A stretch of DNA of 64,000 nt from Candidatus Hydrogenedentota bacterium (GTDB lineage: Bacteria > Hydrogenedentota > Hydrogenedentia > Hydrogenedentales > SLHB01): positions 30,799 to 94,798 of the forward strand of contig BTVY01000030.1 of assembly GCA_045863335.1 (NCBI GenBank), in the 5' to 3' direction. This document shows, piece by piece, positions 19,216 through 28,516 of this stretch (the first letter of the stretch is position 1; every line of letters begins with the position of its first letter). The notes beneath the pieces are model-generated. The model had not been told where the DNA came from. It saw only the letters and a program-made list of their open reading frames with translations, and searched no databases. The position numbers were made by a program, and so were the translations under genes.

Positions 19216-20490
19216 TCAGGTCGCGGTCAGCGCTTTCCGTCCAATATCCGTCCGGTAGTGGGCGCCTTCGAAGTGAATTCGCTTCACCCCTTCGTATGCT
19301 TTCGCAATCGCCGAAGGCACGTCTTTATCCACGGCGGTAACGTTGAGCACACGGCCACCGTTCGTGACGAGGCGTTCTCCGTCCAGCTTGGTTCCCGCGT
19401 GGAAGACGTTGACGCCTGTATCGCGTTCGGCCTGGGCGATTCCATCGATAACGACACCTTTCGGGTAGGAGCCCGGGTAACCGCCGGAGGCCATCACCAC
19501 GGATACGCATGCGCCAGGCTCCCAATCGATTTGCATGCCATCCAGGCTTTCATCGCAGCACGCAAGCATGAAGGGAACCAGATCGGATTTCATCCGCGGC
19601 AAGACGACCTGCGTTTCGGGATCGCCAAAACGGCAGTTGAACTCAATCACTTTTGGCCCTGATTCGGTGATCATGAGGCCGGCATACAGAATGCCCTTGT
19701 AGGGGCGGCCTTCCTTTGCCATGCCTTCCACGCAGGGAACGAGGACGGTCCGGTGAATCTCGTCGAGCATCGAATCGTTCACAATCGGCGCGGGAGAATA
19801 GGCGCCCATGCCGCCCGTGTTGGGACCCGTGTCGCCATCGAAGGCGGGCTTATGATCCTGGCTGGGTGCCATGGAGAGGACATGCTTCCCGTCGCTGAAG
19901 GCGAGGATCGACGCCTCTTGTCCAAACAGACATTCCTCCACGACGACACGTCTGCCCGCATCGCCGAAGACCTTTTCGGTCATCATGCTCTCGATGGCGG
20001 CGACGGCTTCATCCAAGGTTTGCGCGACGGTTACGCCCTTTCCCGCCGCCAATCCGTCGGCCTTGATGACGATGGGCGCGCCATGCTGTTTCACGTAGTC
20101 GATGGCCGAGGTCGCGTCGGTGAACTCTGCATAGGCGGCAGTCGGGATGTTGTACTTCGCCATGAGGGCCTTGGCGAAACTCTTGCTCGCTTCGAGTTCT
20201 GCGGCGGCGCCGGTGGGTCCGAAGGCGATGATGCCGGCAGCGTTCAGTTTGTCGACAATCCCTTTGGACAGCGGATCTTCGGGCCCGACTACGGCAAGGT
20301 CGATGGACTTCTCCTTTGCAAAAGCGGCCAAGGCATCCACGTCGCCCGCGCCAATGTCGACACATTCGGCAAGCGCGGCAATACCCGGATTGCCGGGCGC
20401 GCAGTAGATCTTCGTAACCAATGGACTCTGCGCAATCTTCCAGACGAGGGCGTGTTCGCGTCCCCCGCCGCCAATAACCAATACCTTCAC
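19216..20490 (-). CDS. purD: phosphoribosylamine--glycine ligase
   Basis: GGGGREHAL, APGNPG, KADGLAAGKGV, GPNTGGMGAYSP, EFNCRFGDPETQ and TNGGRV motifs. Confidence 0.97.
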   Translation of the reverse strand: MKVLVIGGGGREHALVWKIAQSPLVTKIYCAPGNPGIAALAECVDIGAGDVDALAAFAKEKSIDLAVVGPEDPLSKGIVDKLNAAGIIAFGPTGAAAELEASKSFAKALMAKYNIPTAAYAEFTDATSAIDYVKQHGAPIVIKADGLAAGKGVTVAQTLDEAVAAIESMMTEKVFGDAGRRVVVEECLFGQEASILAFSDGKHVLSMAPSQDHKPAFDGDTGPNTGGMGAYSPAPIVNDSMLDEIHRTVLVPCVEGMAKEGRPYKGILYAGLMITESGPKVIEFNCRFGDPETQVVLPRMKSDLVPFMLACCDESLDGMQIDWEPGACVSVVMASGGYPGSYPKGVVIDGIAQAERDTGVNVFHAGTKLDGERLVTNGGRVLNVTAVDKDVPSAIAKAYEGVKRIHFEGAHYRTDIGRKALTAT

Positions 20491-20493
20491 CGG

Positions 20494-21099
20494 TTACTCC
20501 TCTCGTGGCTCGCACTGCAAAAGATAATTGGCGATCACCCGGTCGTACTCGGCCGTCTGCGCGAAGGCTTCCTGCGCAAGACGGTAGCGGGTCTTGTACG
20601 TGACCTCGCCATCGTGGGCGCGTAACTCGTGCATGACGGAGGTGTAGCGATCGGGATTGACCACCACGGTCACGTAGCGGAAATTCTTGGCGGCGGACCG
20701 AATCATGGCCGTGCCGCCGATGTCGATCTGGTCGATCACTTCCTCGAGCGTCACGCTGGGTTGCCGGATGACGGATTCGACGGGGTGCAGGTTGACGATA
20801 CAGAAATCGATCCAGTGGTAACCGGCGGCGGTCAATTGTTCGACGTGCAGCTTCTTCTCGCGGATACCGAGCAGTCCGGCGTGGACTTTGGAGTGGAGCG
20901 ATTTCACGCGTCCGTCCATCATCTCGGCGACACCGGTGTAATCGCCGATGCTGACGGCGTCAATATCCGCTTCCTGCAGCACCTTGAGGGTGCCGGCCGT
21001 GCTGACGACCTCCACGTCGAACTCGTGGAGCAACCGGGCCAGTTCCACTACACCGGTCTTGTCATGACAACTGATGAGCGCGCGTCGGACTGACGGCAT
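20494..21099 (-). CDS. stand-alone PurH N-terminal (IMP cyclohydrolase / MGS-like) domain protein
   Basis: RALIS..DKTG, STAGT, GRVKSLH and IDIGG..MIRSAAKN motifs. It stops after YDRVIANYL, so there is no AICAR transformylase domain. Confidence 0.85.
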   Translation of the reverse strand: MPSVRRALISCHDKTGVVELARLLHEFDVEVVSTAGTLKVLQEADIDAVSIGDYTGVAEMMDGRVKSLHSKVHAGLLGIREKKLHVEQLTAAGYHWIDFCIVNLHPVESVIRQPSVTLEEVIDQIDIGGTAMIRSAAKNFRYVTVVVNPDRYTSVMHELRAHDGEVTYKTRYRLAQEAFAQTAEYDRVIANYLLQCEPREE

Positions 21100-21329
21100 A
21101 TCCGTACCTCCTGGTGGCCTGCGCCACCGGCATCGTTCCATTCTGGCTTTCCGCCAAAATCGGGGAAAGGATAATACTGGACGGAGCAAAGAAATGTCGA
21201 ATTATTCGCGTCAATTCTTTTCGCGGGTCCCGGAAGGCGGTTTCATTGCGGTGGGGCCTTATAAACACGCAGAATAGGGTTTCGTTCGGTGCGCGAATGC
21301 GCCGGAAGTCGAATTAGAAGGGGCCAATC

Positions 21330-22508
21330 ATGTTTCTCACGTCCGTTGCAGTGCTTCTCGTAACCTTGGGGCAACCGTTGTTTGAGCAGGAATTGATCTT
21401 CCCGCCCAATCCGCAGCACAACCATGGGTCCAGTATTGTGGAGGCGCCGAATGGCGACCTGCTCGCCTGCTGGTTCCACGGGTCCGGCGAGCGTCAATCG
21501 GACGATGTGCTCGTTCAGGGCGCGCGCAAACGGAAAGGCGAGACCGAGTGGAGCGAGCCCTTTGTCATGGCGGACACGCCGGACCTGCCCGACTGCAATC
21601 CCGTGTTGTTCGTCGACCCGCGGGGGACGTTGTGGTTGATTTGGATTACGGTGCAGGACAACCAGTGGGGCGGCTCCTTGCTCAAGTACCGGACCGCGAC
21701 CGAATACGCGGCGGATGGTCCGCCGCAGTGGGATTGGCAGGACGTGATCCACTGCCGGCCCCTAAATCTCGAGTCGCTCTTCGTCGAAGCCGTGAACGAG
21801 GCGGAGGAAAAGTACGCGGACTTCATCGCGACCAACGAGGAGTTGCGGTCGGAACTGGTGGAGTGGAAGTCGCGGGTGGAGAACAAGCTGGCGCGCCGGC
21901 TGGGTTGGATGACGCGCATCCATCCCATTATGACCTCGGACAACCGCATGATGCTCGGGCTCTACTCGGACGTGTGGAACACGTCGCTCGCCGCGTTCAC
22001 GGAGGACTGGGGCAAGACGTGGTCGTTCAGCGAACCGATCATCACGTATGAACTGGGCAACATTCAGCCCGCGTTCGTCATGCAACGCGACGGCGACATC
22101 GTTTCCTACATGCGGGACAATGGATTCCCCAAGAAGGTCCGCACGGCCACCTCGACCGACGACGGCGTCACCTGGGGGCCGGTTACCCATTTGGAGATCC
22201 CGAACCCCGGATCGAGCGTGGATGCCATCGCGCTGCAAAGCGGCGCGTGGGCGTTGGTGTGCAACGACACCCTGGATGGACGCCATCTGCTGACCGTGTA
22301 CTTGTCCGAAGACGAAGGCGCGACGTGGCCCATCAAGCGCGGCATCGAAACCTTCGAGCCGGACAAGGGATCGGGATCCTATCCGTCGCTGATCCAGGCG
22401 GAGGACGGCACCTTGCACTGCACGTATTCCTACAAGAAGGAAGCCGTGCCCGGCTCTACGATCAAGCACGTGTGGTTCAACGAGGAGTGGGTGCGGGGGA
22501 ACGGTTAA
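21330..22508 (+). CDS. secreted BNR/sialidase-like protein
   Basis: Signal peptide, HGSSIVE..NGDLLACWF.G, NPVLF, Asp boxes (TEDWGKTW, STDDGVTW, SEDEGATW) and SYPSLIQ. Confidence 0.85.
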   Translation: MFLTSVAVLLVTLGQPLFEQELIFPPNPQHNHGSSIVEAPNGDLLACWFHGSGERQSDDVLVQGARKRKGETEWSEPFVMADTPDLPDCNPVLFVDPRGTLWLIWITVQDNQWGGSLLKYRTATEYAADGPPQWDWQDVIHCRPLNLESLFVEAVNEAEEKYADFIATNEELRSELVEWKSRVENKLARRLGWMTRIHPIMTSDNRMMLGLYSDVWNTSLAAFTEDWGKTWSFSEPIITYELGNIQPAFVMQRDGDIVSYMRDNGFPKKVRTATSTDDGVTWGPVTHLEIPNPGSSVDAIALQSGAWALVCNDTLDGRHLLTVYLSEDEGATWPIKRGIETFEPDKGSGSYPSLIQAEDGTLHCTYSYKKEAVPGSTIKHVWFNEEWVRGNG

Positions 22509-22532
22509 CACGCGCGACACGCGGGTGTGGTG

Positions 22533-22538
22533 TATAAT
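22533..22538 (+). promoter_or_regulatory. -10 box of a probably leaderless TA transcript
   Basis: Perfect TATAAT ending 6 nt before the antitoxin ATG, with no Shine-Dalgarno sequence. Confidence 0.5.
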
Positions 22539-22544
22539 TAAATC

Positions 22545-22796
22545 ATGGACGCTATTTCTCCAGAATTGCTGAAGGAAATCGAGGCGCGCGTGGCAGATGG
22601 ACCGTTTGGCAGCGCCGATGAACTCTTGCGGTTCGCGCTTCGTGCCCTGGACCGAGATCGAGGCGTCGCTCAAGACATATTGGAGAAAGAGTTGCTCCAA
22701 GGGCTTGAAGGCGATGACGTCGAAATGACATCCGAGGATTGGACTGATATCGAGAATGCTGCACTTAAGGTGCTCGAGGCGAAGAAGTCTCGGTGA
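22545..22796 (+). CDS. parD: ParD-like antitoxin (RHH-type)
   Basis: IEARVADGPFGSADELLRFALR..LLQGLE pattern, acidic, GTGA overlap with the toxin. Confidence 0.8.
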   Translation: MDAISPELLKEIEARVADGPFGSADELLRFALRALDRDRGVAQDILEKELLQGLEGDDVEMTSEDWTDIENAALKVLEAKKSR

Positions 22797-23116
22797 GCGG
22801 TAAGGTCGTTCGTCGCGTTGAGGCGAAGCGCGACCTCATCAAACATTATGTCTATCTTGCCGAGCACGCTGACCTGGAGACGGCACGCCGGTTTCTCAGG
22901 GCAACGGAAGAAGCCTTTCTGCTCCTCGCCGAATTGCCCGAACTCGGTGCAAGTCGGCAATTCAGGAATCGTCAGCTCGCCGAAGTGAGAATGTGGCCGG
23001 TGAAAGGCTTTCGCAAATTCCTTGTCTTCTATATTCCAATCGAAGGTGGCGTTCGTATCATAAGAGTGATCCATTCCACCGAAGACTATTGGCGAGTACT
23101 TGAGAACGCCGAGTAA
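22793..23116 (+). CDS. parE: ParE/RelE family toxin
   Basis: AKRDL...YLAE...ARRF, P.LG, VRMWPVKGF, LVFY and IIRVIH motifs. Confidence 0.88.
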   Translation: MSGKVVRRVEAKRDLIKHYVYLAEHADLETARRFLRATEEAFLLLAELPELGASRQFRNRQLAEVRMWPVKGFRKFLVFYIPIEGGVRIIRVIHSTEDYWRVLENAE

Positions 23117-23131
23117 GGTCGGACTTGCAGC

Positions 23132-24328
23132 CTACTTCGCCTTCAACGCCTTGATACTGTCAATCATGTAGTCCACGGCTTCATCGGTCAATCGCGGATG
23201 GCTGGGGAGGGTGACGAGGCGTTCGAAGATTTGTTCGGCGACGGGGAATTGGCCGCGTTTGAAGCCGCGTTTTTGGAACGCGGTGCTCCAGTGGAGGGGG
23301 ATGTAGTGGGTGCCGACTTTGATGCCGCGCTCGACGAGCATGCGGTGGACGAAGTCATCTTTGGTGACGCCATAGACTTCGGGATCGATCTGCAGCGGGT
23401 AGAGATGGTAGACGTGCTTCATCCCCTCGGCTACGGTGGGTAGCGCGAGGCCCGGGACGTCGCGAAGGCCTTCGTTCAACCGTTCCGCGATGGCGATACG
23501 CCGTGCGTTTAGTTCGTCCAGCTTGCGCAACTGAATGAGGCCGACGGCCGCCTGGATGTCGGTCATGCGGAAGTTGTAGCCGCAGTCATCGAAATCCTGC
23601 CACCAGAACCGCTTGCCCTGGGGAAATTTCTCTTCGTCGAGTTGGCAGTACTTCGTGCTCTTGCCGTAGACACGGGTGCAGTGGGACCGGTAGAGCGCGA
23701 TGCGTTCGAACAAGTCCGGGTCGTTCGTGGTGATCATCCCGCCTTCGCCGAGGGTGGACATGTTCTTCTGCTCGTGAAAACTGAAACAGCCCGTCGCGCC
23801 GAGGCTGCCTGCCTTGCGGCCGTGATACTCCGCGCCGAGCGCGTGGGCGGCGTCTTCCACGACGGCAAAACCGTGCTCCTTGGACAACGCGTTTATCGCG
23901 TCCATGTCGCAGCATTGGCCGTAGAGGTGAACCGGAATCACGGCCTTGGTGTTGGGCGTGAGCTTCTCGCGCAGTAGTTCGGGATCGAGGTTGTAAGTAA
24001 CGGGATCGATATCCACGAAATCGACTTCCGCGCCGAGCGTGACACCTACGGCGCCGGTGGCAATCCAGGTCATAGGGGTGGTCAAGACGCGGTCCCCGGG
24101 GCCGACGCCCAGTCCGACCAGCGAGAGGAAAAGCGCCGCAGTGCCGTTGGAGCAGGCGCGGGCGTGGGACGTGCCGCAGTAGGCCGCGAAGGCTTCCTCG
24201 AATGCGACGCAGGCATTGCCGCTGGTGGGGGCGTTCTGACGAAGCACCTCAATGATCACCCGCTCCTCTTCTTCGCCATAGATGGAGCCGAACTTGTTTT
24301 CCAACTCGAACCGGATGTCGGGACTCAT
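23132..24328 (-). CDS. DegT/DnrJ/EryC1/StrS family PLP aminotransferase
   Basis: SNGTAAL, PVHLYG, EDAAHA, FSFHEQKNMSTLGEGG and GYNFRMTDIQAA motifs. Confidence 0.92.
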   Translation of the reverse strand: MSPDIRFELENKFGSIYGEEEERVIIEVLRQNAPTSGNACVAFEEAFAAYCGTSHARACSNGTAALFLSLVGLGVGPGDRVLTTPMTWIATGAVGVTLGAEVDFVDIDPVTYNLDPELLREKLTPNTKAVIPVHLYGQCCDMDAINALSKEHGFAVVEDAAHALGAEYHGRKAGSLGATGCFSFHEQKNMSTLGEGGMITTNDPDLFERIALYRSHCTRVYGKSTKYCQLDEEKFPQGKRFWWQDFDDCGYNFRMTDIQAAVGLIQLRKLDELNARRIAIAERLNEGLRDVPGLALPTVAEGMKHVYHLYPLQIDPEVYGVTKDDFVHRMLVERGIKVGTHYIPLHWSTAFQKRGFKRGQFPVAEQIFERLVTLPSHPRLTDEAVDYMIDSIKALKAK

Positions 24329-24330
24329 GA

Positions 24331-25230
24331 CTACTTCCCTTTCGCTGTTTCCAAAATGAGCGTCAATGCGTCGTCCAGACCGAGCATCGGCGTCCGGAGT
24401 TTCTGTTGCGCGAGCGCGTTGTCCAGGGATACATCCAGCGGGCGCGGCGCGCGACCGGGGATGCCGCTGGGATCGGTTTGCACGATGCGTTCGACGGGAT
24501 GGCCGAGCCGCGTTGCGATGCGTTGCATCATCTCGTAGCGGTTCAGCACTTCGCTCCCGCTCAGATGGATGAACCCGCGCAGATCGTTACCCGCCAGTTC
24601 GACAAGGGCGCGTCCTAGCGTAATCACATCGATAGGCGAACGGATTTCGTTGCCCGGTACGGTGACGTCCTTGCCTTCGTCCAGCGACTTCATCATGCGG
24701 GATAGAAAGGAGTTTCCGGAACCGATGACCGGGAGTCCCATCACCAGCGCCACGCGGGCGATGACGTACGTCCCCCCCGCTTCTTTCACCGCGTCTTCCG
24801 CCATGACTTTCGTGCGCCCGTAGAAGTTGATTGGGTTGACGGGGTCGTCTTCCTTGTACAGTCCCCGCTCGCCATCGAAGACGTTGTCGGTGGAGAGGTG
24901 GACGAGGCGAATGCCGTGATCCTCGCACAACTCGGCCACAATGCCGGGCAAATAGGCATTGACGTACTTCGCCGTTTCCTGGTTCGCTTGCGAATAGTCG
25001 ATATCGGCGATGGCGGCCGTATGAATCACGCCCACGGGATCGACTTCGTGAAAGGCGTGATGCAGGCCGTCTTCATCCATCTCCATGCAACGGTGCCAGA
25101 CAAGATGTTCCCTTTCGATGGCGGCCTCAGTTCGGGAAAGGACATGGACCTCCCACTCTTCCAGGGCGGACAGAATGACACTGCCGGCGACAAAACCGCT
25201 GCCGCCGGTAACCAGCAATCGTTTTCGCAT
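24331..25230 (-). CDS. RmlD-like extended SDR (NDP-sugar reductase family)
   Basis: LVTGGSGFV, HTAA, HLSTDNVFDG, YGRTK (YxxxK) and RP.DVSLD motifs. Confidence 0.88.
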   Translation of the reverse strand: MRKRLLVTGGSGFVAGSVILSALEEWEVHVLSRTEAAIEREHLVWHRCMEMDEDGLHHAFHEVDPVGVIHTAAIADIDYSQANQETAKYVNAYLPGIVAELCEDHGIRLVHLSTDNVFDGERGLYKEDDPVNPINFYGRTKVMAEDAVKEAGGTYVIARVALVMGLPVIGSGNSFLSRMMKSLDEGKDVTVPGNEIRSPIDVITLGRALVELAGNDLRGFIHLSGSEVLNRYEMMQRIATRLGHPVERIVQTDPSGIPGRAPRPLDVSLDNALAQQKLRTPMLGLDDALTLILETAKGK

Positions 25231-25342
25231 GAGATACCTCGGTTGAAGGAAAGACGAGCTTGGGGGAAACGCAAGCAGTATAGGGGCGGTGGCGAGGGCG
25301 CTTCAATCAAACTGACACCGCCGCGTAGAGCCGCAGGTGGCT

Positions 25343-26230
25343 CTAGTAGTTCTCGGTGTAATCCTTCTTGGGATCGAAGGGTTGCCGCTGGTCTTCCTGG
25401 AGCACCTCGCGGAAGGGGCGGCGCTCTTCGGGCACGGCGAGGGGCGAGACTTCCCCGTTCTCGGGGGTCCCGGCGCTGTACTTCTTGGGATCGAACTTGG
25501 GATCGTCCTTCACGGTCTCTTGAAAGGGCTTTCCTTCGGCGACGATCTCATGAACCGACTTCTTCGTGCCGGGTGCCGTCCCGCCGCCATACGCGGAAGC
25601 ACTCGCGCCGGTCTGGGGCGCATCTTTCAGCTCGTTCACCGTGGGTTTCCAGGAGCTGAGGTGAAGTCCCTGGGCGCGGATGTTCTCGACATCCCCCTCA
25701 CGGATCATGGCGCTGACTTGCTGATAGGAAAGGGGATTGTTGTTCTCGTCGTAGAAATAAGCGCCGCCCTGATCGAGCATGGCGCGCACGGCACGGACAT
25801 CCTCCTCGCGAGCGGCCTTTTCCTCCGGGGTCTCCTCGGCAGGTTCGCTCGCAGGCGCGGCAGTTTCGGGCGCAGTTTCACCCTCGGGTGTTGCGGTCTC
25901 CTCGCCTGCCGCGGGGACCTGCTCTGGGGATTCGGCCGATTCAGCGTCTTCGGTGGCAGGTTCCTCCGTAGCGGGTTCACTTGAAGTTTCCCCAGGCGTC
26001 GCACTTTCCAGTTTGCCGTAGCTACGGGACTTTCCATCCTGCACGGACAACGCCGATTCGTCGATCTCCTGAACGCCGCCATTTCGTTCCACGACGGTAA
26101 ACGTGTTGCCGCGTCCGATGAGGTCCACCGCAGCGCCGTCACCCCACGCGGGGACGGTTGCAGCGGCAAAGATAACTCTTAGCAGGGCAGAGAGATACAA
26201 CGTCTGTTGGGTAACTGGTCTTCCGCTCAT
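25343..26230 (-). CDS. hypothetical secreted protein with an acidic Pro/Glu/Ala-rich linker
   Basis: Signal-like N-terminus, low-complexity linker and a duplicated PF.E....FDPKK motif near the C-terminus. Confidence 0.6.
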   Translation of the reverse strand: MSGRPVTQQTLYLSALLRVIFAAATVPAWGDGAAVDLIGRGNTFTVVERNGGVQEIDESALSVQDGKSRSYGKLESATPGETSSEPATEEPATEDAESAESPEQVPAAGEETATPEGETAPETAAPASEPAEETPEEKAAREEDVRAVRAMLDQGGAYFYDENNNPLSYQQVSAMIREGDVENIRAQGLHLSSWKPTVNELKDAPQTGASASAYGGGTAPGTKKSVHEIVAEGKPFQETVKDDPKFDPKKYSAGTPENGEVSPLAVPEERRPFREVLQEDQRQPFDPKKDYTENY

Positions 26231-26414
26231 GGCGTGACTCCATCTGGAAGTGCCGATCCCTTGGCACTGGAGGGATTATACCATGAGAAAGCGGGTGCGT
26301 AAATAAAATATTGACAAAATTGCGAATACCCTCGCGCGCGTCTGGTTCACGCGTCGTTCCAGTGGTATGATTGCTGGACTGGTACAGCGATGGCATTCGG
26401 ATACAGGAACCATC

Positions 26415-27848
26415 ATGGAATCATCCGCCGCGATACGACCTGAAACGGGCGAGTACGATCGGCTCGTGACCTATGCGCGAGAACGGCCGGACCCCGTGCC
26501 GGAGGAAGTCGTTCAGCGCGTGTGGTACGACCAGTTGTTTCCTTCGGAATCGTTGCAGACTTCCGAGGGCATGCCAGTGCGCGTGATCTCGCCGGGTTGG
26601 TGGAACGATGCGGAAGGCCCTGACTTCCTGGGCGCGCAGATTCAGTTCGGCGGCACCGTGCGCACAGGCGATGTGGAAGTTCACCTGGACCACCAAGGGT
26701 GGCGGCAGCACGGCCATCACCGCGACCCGCGGTACGACAATGTGATCCTCGAGGTCGTCCTGGCAACGAAGGCCCCCGCGTCACCATCGACCACGGTATC
26801 GGGCCGCAAAGTGGCCTGTCTTCTGCTTGCGGATCGGCTCGACACCGATCTTGGACAAGTGATTCAATCCGCGTTCGCGGACGACTATCCGCACGCGGTG
26901 AGCATGACAGAAGGATACTGCGCGGCATTGTCGCGCAAGCACGGCGCAGATCATGTACGGCGCTTCCTGCTGCTCGCGGGCGAATGGCGGCTCCTGCAGA
27001 AGTCGCGCACACTGGCGGAACGCGCGGCTCGTGCAGGCATGGATCAGGCCGTCTATGAAGGATTCCTCACGGCGTGTGGCTATAGCCGGTATAAGAATCA
27101 CTTCGCGTCGGTCGCACGCGGCCTTCCTTACGAGCGGGTGCGGCAACTGGCGCGCGAGGACCCGATGCTCGTGGAAACAGCCTTTCTTCAGGTTGGCGGT
27201 CTGCTGCCTCAGGCGTTACCGGACGAAACTGCGATCCCTCATTTTCGCCGGCTCGCGGAACTGCGCGCCCGGCATCTTGACGGATTGCGGAGTCTGCCGC
27301 TCGCGTGGTCGCGAACTGGGGTGCGCCCGAACAATTATCCGGAACGCAGGCTGTCGGGCGCGGCACGGTTTCTTGCGCGGACGGCGCGCAACGGTTTGCC
27401 GGCCACGCTGGATGCGATCTGGCGCGAGGCGTGCAGCCCGCTGGAGCGGCGACGCGCCTTCGAAGCGTTGTTTCCAAGCGCCATGGGATTCTGGGCGGAG
27501 CACTGCACCTGGACGGGCAAGCGGCTGCCTACGCCCAACGCGCCATTGGGCGCGAGCCGGATCCGCTCCATCATCGGGAACGTGTTCTTGCCCGCGGGAC
27601 TTGCATCGGCGCGGTCCCGCTCCGATCGCGAAATGGAGGAGCGGGTGCTGGAACTTTTCGCGGCCCTGCCCAAGGAGACGGGGAATCACGTAGTCCGGAT
27701 CATGATCCCGCGCATTTTCGGCGACCTCAAACCACCGCGGATCGACTTCCGCACACAGCAGGGATTGCTTCAGGTGTTTCAGGACTGGTGCGAGCCCAAT
27801 CCTTCCTGCCGGAACTGTCCGGTCATTTCCTACCTGGACAGTCCCTAA
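26415..27848 (+). CDS. DUF2851 family protein
   Basis: PGWWNDAEGPDF, GDVEVH..W..HGH..DPRYDNVIL, RPNNYPERRL and C-terminal C-x5-C-x2-C. Confidence 0.8.
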   Translation: MESSAAIRPETGEYDRLVTYARERPDPVPEEVVQRVWYDQLFPSESLQTSEGMPVRVISPGWWNDAEGPDFLGAQIQFGGTVRTGDVEVHLDHQGWRQHGHHRDPRYDNVILEVVLATKAPASPSTTVSGRKVACLLLADRLDTDLGQVIQSAFADDYPHAVSMTEGYCAALSRKHGADHVRRFLLLAGEWRLLQKSRTLAERAARAGMDQAVYEGFLTACGYSRYKNHFASVARGLPYERVRQLAREDPMLVETAFLQVGGLLPQALPDETAIPHFRRLAELRARHLDGLRSLPLAWSRTGVRPNNYPERRLSGAARFLARTARNGLPATLDAIWREACSPLERRRAFEALFPSAMGFWAEHCTWTGKRLPTPNAPLGASRIRSIIGNVFLPAGLASARSRSDREMEERVLELFAALPKETGNHVVRIMIPRIFGDLKPPRIDFRTQQGLLQVFQDWCEPNPSCRNCPVISYLDSP

Positions 27849-27863
27849 TAATTCCCTCCCGGC

Positions 27864-28319
27864 TCAATTGCCCAGACTCTGCAAGCAGGCGACAACGGCG
27901 CGGGCGTCCTCGTCGCTGAGACGGAAGGGTGGCATGGGACCCCGGGGAGGTTTTCCGGTGCGTGGCACGATTCCTGTCTTTAACAGCGTAATCACATCAT
28001 CTCCAGTGCCTCCCGCGAGAGGTCCAAGGGCGGGCGCGTGACTCGCCCAAGTCGCCATCTTGGGGTAGGTGGCTTTCGCCGGAATCACGCCGCCTTCAAA
28101 CTGTTGACTGAGAATTGGCTGGCCGTGTTCATCTTTGGGAGAGTGGCATACGACGCACATGGCGACCGAGTGGGTAAGATACTCGCCGCGGCGAATCTGA
28201 TCGGCATTCGAGGCCGAGTCGGCCTGGGCGGATGCCGCCGGGATCGACCTCAACAACGCGAACAGGGCGGCCAAAGTGAGGACAGTTCCGATGGATGCAA
28301 ACGTTACGATCCTTCGCAT
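27864..28319 (-). CDS. secreted monoheme c-type cytochrome
   Basis: Signal peptide, RGEYL...CVVCHSP (CxxCH) and distal PMP. Confidence 0.85.
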   Translation of the reverse strand: MRRIVTFASIGTVLTLAALFALLRSIPAASAQADSASNADQIRRGEYLTHSVAMCVVCHSPKDEHGQPILSQQFEGGVIPAKATYPKMATWASHAPALGPLAGGTGDDVITLLKTGIVPRTGKPPRGPMPPFRLSDEDARAVVACLQSLGN

Positions 28320-28516
28320 AGCATGCTCCTTGTATCCGGGAAAGCCAAAAACGCCTTTGCGTCCTGAGTTCACCATGGCCTTCAATGTGCGGGGTAACGA
28401 GGGCGAAATGCAAGCCCTGAGATCGGATGGTTATTCGCAAATTGCCTGGAGGTTCGCGCTAATTTAGGATGTCGGAAAGGATTTCGCAACCGTACCGGGA
28501 AAGGGGTGTCCAGTTT

